A stretch of 63,617 bases of DNA, filler included, from Octopus bimaculoides (taxonomy: Eukaryota), in the NCBI RefSeq assembly GCF_001194135.2. It is 6 parts of 6 records of this genome, joined end to end, with 100 filler letters (N's around TTAATTAATTAA, not from the genome) between each part and the next. Parts side by side here need not be neighbours in the genome. Positions count along the whole stretch, not along the records: positions 1 to 11,801 come from NC_068987.1; positions 11,902 to 27,345 come from NW_026357906.1; 4 more parts are not named here. One strand, given 5' to 3'. Position numbers and translations under genes: made by a program. Positions 1 through 12,685 of this stretch are shown here, in pieces. The notes beneath the pieces were generated by a model. That model was not told where the DNA came from, did no database searches, and saw only the letters and a program-made list of their open reading frames with translations. Each line of letters opens with the position of its first letter. Within the stretch, counting starts at the first letter, position 1.

Positions 1-205
1 GTGTCTGTTCCCCCAACATCGCTTGACAACCGATGCTTGTATGTTTACGTCTCCGTCAATTAGCGGTTCGGCAAGAGAGACCGATAGAATAAGTACTAGG
101 TTTACAAAGAATAAGTCCTGGGGTGGATTTGCTCGACAATAAGCGGTGCTTCAACATGGCCGCAGTCAAATGACTGAAACAAGTAAAAGAAAGTAAAAGA
201 AAGTA
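1..205 (+). mobile_element. 3' half of tRNA-derived SINE (family B tail)
   Basis: Same sequence (catcgcttgacaaccgatgc...cagtcaaatgactgaaacaagtaaaaga) recurs at 21085-21285 and, inverted, in the 1300-1700 and 6920-7330 copies. Confidence 0.8.
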
Positions 206-1299
206 TGCATTTGCTTGGCCGCTAATCAATACTGCCCGTTCTACCTGAGTGTCTCATTACTGATTCAAGACATTGCATTATTAAACTAACGTGTGATTTC
301 TGTTTTTGGAATTTAGAATGTAATTTGATGTAGAATTACTGCTATTTCTAGCTGATCGAATGACTGCATAGAAGCTTTTTATTGGCACGTAATTATAATA
401 CAGTAAGAAATGAAAAAGAGAAATAAAATTGAATGTTGCTATGTTGAGCGCATGTTGTTTTTCAGTTCCCTGACAATACATATGCACTTATTTCACTTAT
501 GTCATTGAAAGGGCATGAATGCCACATATATTCATTTTTTCCTACAATATAACAAAATCTCCAAACTGTGTAAACAAATCATATTGTTCTTTTTTTCCTT
601 TTCACATCGAAAATGAAATGCGTTTTAACTACTTATCAACTCTTCTCTTCTCAATTACAGTCTCACTTTTTATATTCAGCTTTCTATATTTTTTCGAATT
701 CTTTTGGCTTTTGTCTATAATTTTACATTTTATCTATTGTTTCGGGTAATTAACAATTATTTTCTTAATAGATTTGCAGAAACATTCTCTTTATATATTT
801 ATTTCGTTTGCATTTATTTCTTACCGATATTTCCTTTGCATTACTATACTCAAAAATCTTTCCATTTGGATCATTTCTGGAAAATATTCTATAAAAATCA
901 CATTGTTAATTATCTATTTTCTTGAAAGTTATCCATTATCTTCAAAAACAATAAATTTTTGGAACTATTCTATATATTTTTAATTTCTCATTTGTTTACA
1001 TTATTATACTAATGAAACAATTTTTTTCTAGCCATTTTCGTAGCATTATTTTTTATATATTTTCTTAGCTTAATAATATATCATTTGCACATATTTTCTC
1101 TCGTTAAAATATGTGTAACTCTTTAAATATGTACCGGACTTTGATCTATTAATATTTTCAGGTTGTTTAAAATAATTTATCAGTTGTATTTTTCTGGTGC
1201 AGGATTAGATCTGAGTTCGTGTTTTGAAACTGAAGAATATACATCTTGGTCGTGTCAAGACAATAATTTAAAATACACATAAACTGTTATTATATCTTT

Positions 1300-1700
1300 A
1301 ATCTTTCACTTGTTTCAGTCACCGAACTGCGGCCACGCTTGAGCACCATCTTGCGGGGTTTTAGTCGGGAGAAATGACCCTAGTACTTATTATTTTAAAG
1401 CCTGGTACATATTTTGTCCGCCTCTTCTGTCGGATTACTAAGTTAATGAGACGTAAATGAACCAACAACAGTTGGCAAGCGCTGGTGGGGGACAAATACA
1501 AACACAAAGACACACATACACATTTATACAAATATATAAGACGGGTTTCTTTCAGTTTCCGCCTATTAAATCCACTCACAAGGCTTTGGTCAGTCCGGGG
1601 CTATAGCGAAACACATTCGCCTAAGGTACCACGCCTTAGTACCGAACCCGGAACCATGTAGTTTGGAAGCAAACGCCTTACCATCCAGCCACTCCCGTAC
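1300..1700 (-). mobile_element. tRNA-derived SINE family B, full length with internal TA/TG microsatellite
   Basis: Reverse complement of the head and core seen at 17643-17802 and 63422-63575 (A-box-like tggctg..tgg, B-box-like gggttcggt), followed by a microsatellite and the tail. Confidence 0.8.
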
Positions 1701-2482
1701 TTATATTTACTTTTGTGTTACTTCATGGTCGATGAAAAAGATTTGTTGGAAGGTTGGACAAGATGCCTTACAGAGTTTGCTCCGGCTTCTGGGAGTCTGA
1801 CAGGAAACTTTCGATTACATAGGAACCCAGATATATCAGCGCAACTCCATGTGTTTTCTCTTCGATTAGCATCAGTGACGTGGAGAGCGGCAACTAGCTC
1901 ATGCATGACCATGTACTGCTTTCTTAAAAATAAACTGCACAAGTCTGCATATACATGTACCGATGCACGTTCGATTGCACTGACGGTGGCTCCTTCTTCC
2001 TTTATGTTATGATTGATATTTTGTTCTACGACATCTGCTATATACAATGATTTGCTTTGTCTTAGGGCTTCAGCTCCTGATGGGACCAAGCCATAGGGAA
2101 CTATATCTCTTTAGAGATGACTATTGCTGATTTTCTCTAAACAAGGAGACAGAGAAAAACAACGAGGGGGAGAAAAAGAGAGAAAGAGGTGAGAGAGAAG
2201 GAAGAAAGAGAAGAATCGAGCCCAGAACAGGATGTGCTATACTTGATGATTGTGGGCATGTGAAGTCATTTCACTGTTTCGCAGTATTTGAACTTACTTA
2301 GTTCGCACAGCAACCTATGTGATGCTTCAAACACTTGGACATTTCCCTGCCTTAATATCAATAACCACCGTAGATGTTCCAAAGACGTTAATATTAAATT
2401 ATATAAAACATAATTATGAAATTAATGTATGTACAATAGCTATCATTATTTTACCACATTGTCATTGCTATAAAACAATATT

Positions 2483-2701
2483 CTTTTCTACTCTAGGCAC
2501 AAGGCCTGAAATTTTGGGGGAAGCGGCCAGTCAATTAGATCAACTCCTGTACGCAACTGGTACTTAATTTATCGACTCCGAAAGGATGAAAGGATGAAAG
2601 GCAAAGTCGACCTCGGCAGAATTTGCACTCAGAACGTAAGGCAGACGAAATACCGCTAAGCATTTCGCCCGGCGTGCTACCGTGTCTGCCAGCTCGCCGC
2701 C
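2483..2701 (-). mobile_element. tRNA-derived SINE family A with 18-bp target-site duplication
   Basis: Reverse complement of the 58293-58530 copy. Flanked by the direct repeat ttgctataaaacaatatt at 2465-2482 and 2702-2719. Confidence 0.9.
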
Positions 2702-4789
2702 TTGCTATAAAACAATATTAACAATATAAAGAGATGTAAGAAATGCCCAACGGAGTGATTCACAGATTTTCTGAAGCCAAATTTAATGATTCTTTCATTA
2801 AATATTTGTTGAAGTTTTCTTTTATTTCAATTTTACGAATTGTCGGACTGATGCAAACGGCTTCACAGCTAAGAGTGTTTCTGTTTGAATTATAAGCTAT
2901 CCGCCGTATAATATACTATGGATTCTTGGAAAAGTATTGGGATTTTGAATTTTGAAAGAGAGATTTTTGTTAAATTCGAATGAAAATCACCACCATATTT
3001 ACTTTTTAGTATACGTGTTACAAAAGAATTCGTCGTTCGCCCACAATCTAATCGCGATTATTTTATCACCATATGTCTATTGAAAATTTATCGGTTATTG
3101 GTTGCGACGAAATGAACTCTATTCATCTGTGACAGAATATGTTGTTAGAACAATGATCTAATAGACAAGATTAACTAATGTCATTTTAGTGCATATAAAT
3201 TTCTGGGGTGTCCCATTGATTGAAAAGCGTTCTTAGAATTTAGCCTGAGATATTTTTGACTGAGCAGAGCTACAATCAAAGATGTTGCATCTATGAATAT
3301 CACAACCTTTTTCTGGTGCGTAGTTTATAACAACTACATTATCAGGTGTATCCTTTCTGTCTCTGCCTTCCAAAGCGGCAGAGTGTAAACAGAGAATAAT
3401 TTGACTGTTATTTCTTGCAGATAAATTTATTACATGGAAACTTCCTCCTTCCTTCGAATTCATTTCTGCTACTTTATTCAAAATAGTAAAGTAAAAACAG
3501 AATCATCCAATTTCAGTGCGAATATCTTTTTTCTACTTGTATGTTCTGTCTGTCTACCAGTCTGCCAGCCTACCTATGTACTTGTTTAAGATTTTATCCT
3601 TCATGTTCTTCCTCCATGGTTTTCTTCCCTCTTCCTTCCTTCCTTCCTTCCTTCCTTCCTTCCTCCCTTTCTTTAGTTAGTCAGTTTTCCATTTATTTTA
3701 TATTGATTTCTTTACTGTTTATTTCCTTATTTTCTGAAAGCTTGTTCCTCCCATCCCTATATCTTGGCACGGATTTTCCGCTTCTTCCTAAACCTTTCTA
3801 CTCCTTCTACAATTTCCTTTCTCTTTTCTATAGTCCCTCCCCCCGCCAATACATTTTTTTTTAGCTTGTTACTATTTATGCTATCGACGTATATATTAAA
3901 ACAATATTGCGTTCGTACGTTTGTGTGTTTATTAAAGATTTCAGTCAGAGACAAAAGAAAAGTTTTGTACATTTATAGAGGAATCGTAACCGAATCGATG
4001 AGACCAATGAAATGATAATGAAAAATAAAATAATAAACGTCGAACAAATAATTATTGTTTCTGATCAGAGTTAAATCTGTTCTCAATTATTTCATCGATT
4101 TCAAATTCGAAAGAAGAAAAAAGAAATACAAAAAGCAATTCGACTTTAGCCGATAATTAGCTCAATAATATTTTTAATTTTGTTAACAATTATCTATAAC
4201 AATAACAAAGACCGAACATTATAAATGATATTTCACTAGACTTATTTTTATTGCGTGGTTTCACTGCACGAATGAGTGCAGTTCCATTTTCCTAGGATAC
4301 GTGTGGTGTCTTTCATCTTTTTTTTTTCCGTTGTATTACTAATATACTTAGGTTGAAATCAGCCATTGCGGGGGGGGGGGGTTCTGCTAGTTAGTCCAAA
4401 AGATATGAGAATAAAGGATTATATGACAGCAATAAACCTATCAGCCACATGAAGTTCTTGATGTGTAAAAATTAGGCAGACGGTTTGTTCTGTTACCCAC
4501 ACTATAACCTCAGTAACAACATACACGCTGACACAACAGCGACTACAACAACAGAATTAGAGGCAACGAATACAGCACCATCAACAACAGTAATAACAGT
4601 AACATCAGCAAAATTCAAAAACAGCAACTTCCAAACAGCATACTAGGAACGACAACAACACCAAAATAGAAGTATAAAAAACTTGATCATAATAAGATTT
4701 CAACTTAATTTCCTTTACAAGTCCACCAAAATACGAACACAGACGCAAGCATTCAGATATACAAACGCACTAACAACAGCGTTGGCACT

Positions 4790-5172
4790 GTTGTTGGCAC
4801 TCCGTCACTTGCGACGTGGAGGGTTCCAGTTGATCCGATCAACAGAACAGCCTGCTCGTGAAATTAACGTGCAAGTGGCTGAGCACTGCACAGACACGTG
4901 TACCCTTAACGTAGTTCTCGGGAACATTCAGCGTGACACAGTGTGACAAGGCTGGCCCTTTGAATTACAGGTACAACAGAAACAGAAAGTAAGAGTGAGA
5001 GAAAGTTGTGGTGAAAGAGTACAGCAGGGTTCACCACCACCCCCTGCCGGAGCCTCGTGGAGCTTTAGGTGTTTTCGCTCAATAAACACTCACAACGCCC
5101 GGTCTGGGAATCGAAACCGCGATCCTATGACCACGAGTCCGCTGCTCTAACCACTGGGCCATTGTGCCTCCA
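4790..5172 (-). mobile_element. tRNA-derived SINE family D
   Basis: Near-identical to 22487-22853 and 60971-61190. The tRNA-like head is at the right end (gggaatcgaaacc is the reverse complement of a B box). Approximate flanking repeat cactaaca(a/g)cagc. Confidence 0.85.
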
Positions 5173-6376
5173 CACTAACAGCAGCAACAAGAGCACTAAT
5201 AACACCTGCAACAACAACAGTGAAAGAAAATAGCAACATCAACGGATGGAGGGAATATATCTCAGGGTGTGTCTGCATACTAAATATTCATGAAGTAGTT
5301 TCACATATGGAATGTAATGGGTTGAAATATACCTTGATTAACTGCTCTATACTTGCAATTAGTAAACAACTTTGAAAATTTTTAAGTGTTTAAATTGTAA
5401 AAATTAGAAAGCATGCGAGATAACACAATTCATATGGAACAAGTGAATTTCTTATAAAAATAACGACACTACATAAAATGAGATTTTGTCATTGCGATAA
5501 ACTACGGAAACTAATACTCATATTGTGATCTTATTGGAGCCCCTTAAAGAAGTATACCCCGATTAAGGGCTGACTGTGAATATTCTATATCTGTATATGT
5601 ATTTTCATACACGTATTTACCTCTACATACTCATACACAGACATATATATGTGTATATCTCTTCATACTTATACTCACGCAATAATGTATGAATATATGT
5701 CAAGATAGATGGAATACTATATCTCACAGACAAATACAGGCACAAACCCGCAATACCTCTGCTAACCACTCTCACTATAGCTAGAAACAACAACTAGATG
5801 AAGCTTAGAGAAAAAAAGCAAAAAACAAGTTGAACGTGCAAGGCTCATGCGATGCTCATTCCTAGAAGACCAATGTATAGAAATCTATTCAGATGAAGAA
5901 GTCTAATGCAATTCCAAAGAAAAAATTCTGAAAGAAAAACAGATTGTAAATGTTCCGAGTAGAGCAGAGAAGAATCGTTAGTTGAGGTGGGTGCTGTGAA
6001 AGAAGTCGTTATTCCCGAAAAGACAGGATTTTACTCCACCATGATCAAGATTAGTGGCCTTTCTTTCCATTTTGTGAACAAAGTGGCTTCCTGAGAGTAG
6101 GTTTTGTACATGTACCCAGGGTGGTATAGAATTCAAATCAAGTAAACAAACTTTGGTTGCTTTGAGGGAGTCCAAGATTTCTATAGCGCATGCACTCACG
6201 CTCTCTTTGACGGCCAGTTGTAGGACATATGGGTTCCATAAGTGGCTTTAGATGGTGTCCCTTTCGTTTTCGTCTTTCTTTGTATCCCAGTTTAAACGTA
6301 AGTTACCTCACGTTTTGTATTTAGTTTATTTAATGTTGCATTAACTTTCGCTCTTGCTCCTCCCCATCCCCCAAAA

Positions 6377-6461
6377 CATCATCATCATCATCATCATTAT
6401 CATCAACATCATCATCACTATCCTCCTCCTCCTCCTCCTCCTCCTCCTCATGATCATCATT

Positions 6462-6508
<47 letters not shown>

Positions 6509-6527
6509 TATCAACAACATCATCGTC
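6377..6527. repeat. Compound (CAT)n/(CCT)n microsatellite
   Basis: Read directly. It explains the poly-D/E, poly-M and poly-I ORFs. Confidence 0.95.
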
Positions 6528-6919
6528 ATTATAAATAGAAAATAAGATTAATATTTGCCAGTAGTATATCGCTGTGTATTGCGTGGACTTTAAACTACTT
6601 AAAAAAAAACATATTGACAACAGAAGAGACTAAAATGATTGTAGTTATACATAAATCAAACAAAATCTACCTGAATGTGTGTTGTTACTTGTGTCAGAAA
6701 AACAGGAATAACAACAATAGCAACAATATCAATAAAACTATGGAGAACATCAAAAGACGAAAACTACAAAGTTAAGCATCACCAACAACAACGACAACCA
6801 CAATAAAAATACACGCCACCGAATTAATTGTAGAATGAATGGATCAGAACAACAGCAGACTTGATAAATAAATAAATAAATAAAAAAAAATAACTTTTAT
6901 CTTTTTCTTCTTTCAGTAA

Positions 6920-7330
<411 letters not shown>

Positions 7331-7529
7331 CGCCTATATTTATAAATAAATGAATGCAGGAAAGTGGGGTAGACGACAACATATTGTCCTTATCATCAAC
7401 AACAATAAATGACAACCGCAATAGCAACGACAGCAACAAGAACAGCAAAGGGAAATAAACAACCTTAAATAACTGCCTTCGTCATACAATTAACCGTCTA
7501 ATTTCCCTTCCTTCTCTACCATAATGAAA

Positions 7530-7942
7530 ATAATCCATTCTACTATTAGCACAAGATCTGGAACTTTGTGGAAGAAGGATAATCGATTGCACTGTCCCCA
7601 AGGCTCAACTGGTACATATTTTATCGAATCCCGAAAGGATGAAAGACAAAGCCGACATTGGCAAAATGTGAACGCAGAATGTAAAGACGGACATACTCGG
7701 CATGCTAAAGATTCTTCCAGTTCGCCACCTTAATACTACTGTTAATGATCCTTTCTACTATGAGTACATGTTCTGAGGTTTGGATGAGGGGTATAGTCGA
7801 TTAGATCGACCTCAGTACTCAACTGGTACTTACTTTACCGACCCCGAAAGAATGAAAGGCAAAGTCGACCCCGGTGGAATGTGAACTCTGAACGTAAAGA
7901 CGGACGAAATATCGTGCCAGCGATAGTGCCAGCTCGCCGTCT
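7530..7942 (-). mobile_element. Two tandem SINE family A copies
   Basis: Two successive cccgaaag..atgaaag.caaag.cgac units, each ending in the head motif (cag.tcgcc). Confidence 0.8.
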
Positions 7943-9089
7943 TAGTACCACTGTTAATTATAATAATCGTTGAGAACCACTACAGTATTATAAAAATCAT
8001 CATTAGTAAAAACGTGACCATCAGAGGCAGCAGCAGATGCCCCTCCACGAATACCAATGCTACCACCACCACTAACAGCAACAACAACCACAATAACATC
8101 TTTGCCATCACCACAATACCTACCACCACCACTCACCATCAGCAGTAGCAGCAGGATCAAAACAGGCAACAATCTTTAGGATTACTCCTACCATCACAGT
8201 CATCATCACATTCTTCATTAGTAGCAACATCACCACTACTACTTCTACTAACAAGCAGAGAGTAAAGTGCCAGGGTTTTGGTGGAGGCCTGCTACTGACA
8301 CGCGTAGGGGATGGGATCGATGGTAGCAAGGGTAGGCACACAATTCTTTCACTAGTAAGGTCATTAGAAGTTTGAGAGTTACAGGAGAAGGGCTGACAAT
8401 AATAAAGTAGAAATTGCAGAGAAGGTAACATTAAAGATTTGGCTAAAAAACAAAAGCAAAAAAAAGTGTAACATGAAAGATCCATTGAGGGATCTTTTCT
8501 GTTTGGTTGCCAGCGGAAATTTTCTGTTCTGTTCATATTTAGTGTAATGATACACTTTTACATGCTAATTATTGACGTGAAAGTAATTTTCGTTATAAAT
8601 CAATGAATAAAGAGTTATAAGTAATTAAAGTTTGAAAATTTGGGTAAGCCACAGACACATTCATGTCTGTTTCGCTAGTAACAAGAACTGTTGCTATAGT
8701 GTCGTCTATTATAACCTCGGGCTGACCACATCTTATGTGAGTGGATTTGGTAGACGGAAAGTTTGCGAGGAAAGTTTGCGAGGAAGCATGTGTTCACGGT
8801 AGTCAACCGAAGAAGGGTCCTACCTCAGCAATAGGCTTTCAGAGTGTCGCGAGACCAGATAGCTAATTAAATATATTTAAATTGTTTGCTTAATGTTTGT
8901 TTATTTTGTCATTGAGCATTGAAGTGGTTGTGAGTTGTGCTAAAAATAACAGCTAAATAAAATTTCTTGGATAAATCTTTAAAATTAAAGTTTGTTTGCC
9001 AACATCTCGCTCAGAGATTAAAAACTAACTGTTTTTCTCTATTGAATTAGTATAAACATTTATTTACATGGAAGAAAATTACCGGAAAA

Positions 9090-9485
9090 GGATCTTTCTG
9101 ATTTGGCGGACATCATTTTTTATTTAGTTTTTATTTAGTGTGTTTTCTACCGAAACACTTTAAAACTTCGTATACTTGTATATTTTGTCTTACAGAAGAT
9201 AGAAAAAATTTTTATATTCGAAGTTATTTCATGTTAAAACTTGTCGTATTTCGGCAATTTCAACCAATCGCTGACGTCTCTTGAGGTGAAAACAATTACT
9301 GCTGTAGTTTGTCAACAACACGTTGTTGCGGTGTAATGGGATCTATTCCTCTGAATAAACTTACTGCCGTTGTTTGTCAACAACAACTATCGGCAGTACT
9401 GTTATCTATGACATCGTTCGCGCGTTTGCTCTGGTTTTAGCTTAAGGGTTAAGGTGAGGGTTATGGTTATGAGTATTTGGTTAGA
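9090..9485 (+). mobile_element. Left half of the long-TIR, telomere-like-core element family (see 32470-33401)
   Basis: Shares ggatcttt..., aaacactt..aacttcg, gaagttatttc.tgttaaa.ttgtc and ttactgctgt.gtttgtcaacaaca (twice), then a degenerate (TTAGGG)-like run at about 9435-9485. Confidence 0.65.
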
Positions 9486-9499
9486 GACTGTGAACAATA

Positions 9500-9790
9500 G
9501 TGCAGCTCCTCCACTCCTATTACATGGAACCCACAGCTTCAAAATATGTTGTTCACAAGAACTCAGCTTTATCACACATGAAAATGAACATTCTGATGGC
9601 ATACTTAGTTAGGACAATGAACAACGTGTCCCCACTATGCGAACCCTATGAAACGAAAAAAACATATACAGAACTTCATGCACCACATGCAGTTGCACTT
9701 TTCACATGCACTTTTCATATGGAGTTTGGGTATTGGTTGGAACAAATTACCACTCTTCACGTGTATTTCAGTTACTCATGTAACGAACAA
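9500..9790 (+). mobile_element. Degenerate Penelope-like reverse transcriptase C-terminal fragment
   Basis: HSYYMEPTASKYVVHKNSALSHMKMNILMAYLVRTMNNVSPLC resembles the region of PLE RTs downstream of the catalytic domain (Y.KPT....I...SA......NI....L.R.....S). Recognised from memory, not from a search. Confidence 0.45.
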
Positions 9791-11377
9791 TTTGGTTAAC
9801 ACACAATTCTCTGGGATAGATTAACTTCGTATATAATGCCCCACCAACACCACTACTGCATATGTATGCGTGTATGCATATACATAAACACATANNNNNN
9901 NNNNNNNNNNNNNNNNNNNNNNNNNNNNNNNNNNNNNNNNNNNNNNNNNNNNNNNNNNNNNNNNNNNNNNNNNNNNNNNNNNNNNNNNNNNNNNNNNNNN
10001 NNNNNNNNNNNNNNNNNNNNNNNNNNNNNNNNNNNNNNNNNNNNNNNNNNNNNNNNNNNNNNNNNNNNNNNNNNNNNNNNNNNNNNNNNNNNNNNNNNNN
10101 NNNNNNNNNNNNNNNNNNNNNNNNNNNNNNNNNNNNNNNNNNNNNNNNNNNNNNNNNNNNNNNNNNNNNNNNNNNNNNNNNNNNNNNNNNNNNNNNNNNN
10201 NNNNNNNNNNNNNNNNNNNNNNNNNNNNNNNNNNNNNNNNNNNNNNNNNNNNNNNNNNNNNNNNNNNNNNNNNNNNNNNNNNNNNNNNNNNNNNNNNNNN
10301 NNNNNNNNNNNNNNNNNNNNNNNNNNNNNNNNNNNNNNNNNNNNNNNNNNNNNNNNNNNNNNNNNNNNNNNNNNNNNNNNNNNNNNNNNNNNNNNNNNNN
10401 NNNNNNNNNNNNNNNNNNNNNNNNNNNNNNNNNNNNNNNNNNNNNNNNNNNNNNNNNNNNNNNNNNNNNNNNNNNNNNNNNNNNNNNNNNNNNNNNNNNN
10501 NNNNNNNNNNNNNNNNNNNNNNNNNNNNNNNNNNNNNNNNNNNNNNNNNNNNNNNNNNNNNNNNNNNNNNNNNNNNNNNNNNNNNNNNNNNNNNNNNNNN
10601 NNNNNNNNNNNNNNNNNNNNNNNTCTCTGCATCACTCCCCGACAAAAAGAATGACAGGTCAAGTCTTTTTTCACCCCGCCCAGTTAATGCCATAAAAGGC
10701 AAAATGTCATTGAAAAGAGCAGCCAGCTGTTCTCTTCTCTCTGCATCACTCTCCGACAAAAAGAATGACGGGTCAAGTCACATTCCACCTCGCCCAGTTG
10801 ACGCGATAGCGGACAGTGTTTCTGATTCAGGTCTGTTTAACAGACTCTCTGCCGCTGACTTCCCAGCTCTCACCTCCACCATTGCTTCTACACCGGAGGG
10901 GGAGGAGGAAAAAAAAGAACAAAGAAAACAAAGTAAACAACACCAGCAACAGCACCAAGACCACAACCAGTAGCCATTGTAACGGTTTCGCCTCCGCAGC
11001 TAAGCAGAGCTCAGAAGAAATCTAAGTGACAATGGCAGAAATAAAGAATGCCAAGGAATTGTTAAGAAGGGATGGCAATAATGTCTTCCTTAACACTCCA
11101 CAAGCATTAATACAAGCAACGAAAAGAAAAACAATAGTATACAAGGTATTCAACACAAAATACCAAAAAATGGAGAATGCTACCCCACAGAGATTGTAGA
11201 TAGCTCTAAAGCCCATATGGGGCCAAAAAAGCTTCGTAACCAAAGGGAAGCNNNNNNNNNNGCATATGTATGCGTGTATGCATATACATAAACACATATA
11301 TACGTACAAATATATATGTTCGTAAAGATGATGGTTCTTTGTTGGTTTTCTTCGTCATTAATTTCTTTTAATTCTAT

Positions 11378-11562
11378 ATTTAAGAGATGAGGAATTAAGT
11401 ACAATATTTACGTTATTTACATTTGACGGATATTTGTCCTGATCTTGTTTGTTGTTGACACAACGTTTCGGCTGATGTACCCTCCAGCCGTCATCAGGTG
11501 TCTTGGGGGAATTTTCGAACCTCGGTTCTCATTCTGAAGGTATTTTTCGATGTTATTATTAT
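11378..11562 (-). mobile_element. Penelope-type tail of the tRNA/PLE SINE family (see 41849-42365)
   Basis: High identity to 41849-42030, and reverse complement of 42200-42360. Contains CTGATGA-stem-GAAA on the minus strand. Confidence 0.8.
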
Positions 11563-11801
11563 TTGCCTTTCAAGCTGATGGACGTGTCTCCCGAAGCTCT
11601 GTAAGTTGTTGCCGTTTTTACCCGGAAATCTTTTGAAATCTGTCTTAATTTTTATATATTGTTGTAGCCAAGCCGACTAGGTTCTTGCGGAGCTAGTCGG
11701 TTAGGCGAGATTTCCCCCATTTAGGGGTGAATTCTTCGTTTGAAAAACTTCCATTTTCACATTTCACACGTATCATATCTGAAAAATGTCGGGAAAAAAA
11801 A

Positions 11802-11901
11802 NNNNNNNNNNNNNNNNNNNNNNNNNNNNNNNNNNNNNNNNNNNNTTAATTAATTAANNNNNNNNNNNNNNNNNNNNNNNNNNNNNNNNNNNNNNNNNNN
11901 N
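11802..11901. other. Artificial scaffold join (44N-TTAATTAATTAA-44N)
   Basis: Exactly 100 bp with a six-frame-stop palindrome. The same structure occurs at four other sites. Confidence 0.95.
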
Positions 11902-12261
11902 TAAAGAATACTGAGATGAAAGTTTAATCTATGACGTTGTATGTATCACTTTCTCTCTCTCTCCCCCTCCCTCTCCCTCTTTAACTCTTACTCTCTATAT
12001 TTTTATGTTGAGCGCGTGTGTAAGAATGGCGTTCCAGGTAGAAGGGATGAAATATAAAAGTTGCTAGAAACAACAGCCAAATCTCCCTTAAATCACACAA
12101 AGTAAACGGAATTTTAAAAATCTAATTACTGCACTGGAAAGTTCACATCGAGAAAATTCCATTGATGTAAAAATTTTTACGAAAAAGTGGAAAATGTGGA
12201 TTTCTATAAACTTTCAAAAAGGCTTCACACAGACACACAACTTCAGATTTATATATTAAGA
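11902..12261 (-). mobile_element. 5' part of a non-autonomous Helitron (same family as 22959-24424)
   Basis: Minus strand begins A|TCTTAATATATAAA at 12261. About 350 bp are similar to 24070-24424. Truncated by the scaffold join. Confidence 0.8.
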
Positions 12262-12314
12262 TAATCAATTCTTTCCTGCTTGCATAGATCAGGCAAAAAT
12301 TGTTGAGGTGAATT

Positions 12315-12470
12315 TTCTACAGCCAGATGCCCTCTCAATTTCCATCTAATGAATCTATTCACAAGGCTTTGGCTGACCTGTGGATGACTATAGTAGAAGG
12401 CACTTGCCCAAGATGTCATACAGTAAAACTGAACTTGAAACTACATGGTTAGGAAGGAAGCTTTTTCACT
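12315..12470 (-). mobile_element. Diverged partial SINE family B
   Basis: acaaggctttggc.gacc...tatagtagaag.cacttgcccaag matches the family B core in reverse orientation. Confidence 0.7.
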
Positions 12471-12685
12471 ATGTATGAATATGTGTGTGGAAAAAGAAGA
12501 ATCCCAAATAAAATGTATGCCTCAATTTTGCAAGAACAAGCATGGTTTATGTCAAAATTAGGTTTCATAAATTTAATATTTTCAGTACATTTCAATCAGT
12601 TTATGAAATATTTTTAACTAAATATATTCCTCCTAAAAATTCTATTTTTTATACTTTCTATGAGCAAGACAACAGAGAAGTTTAC

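Noticed and set aside
5978-6090. Plus-frame EVGAVKEVVIPEKTGFYST resembling the start of a DIRS RT
   Set aside because: The similarity ends after about 19 residues and no later RT motifs follow.
6291-6297. Possible 7-nt plus-strand microexon (cccag|TTTAAAC|gtaagt)
   Set aside because: Not frame-preserving, and no host gene on that strand was identified.
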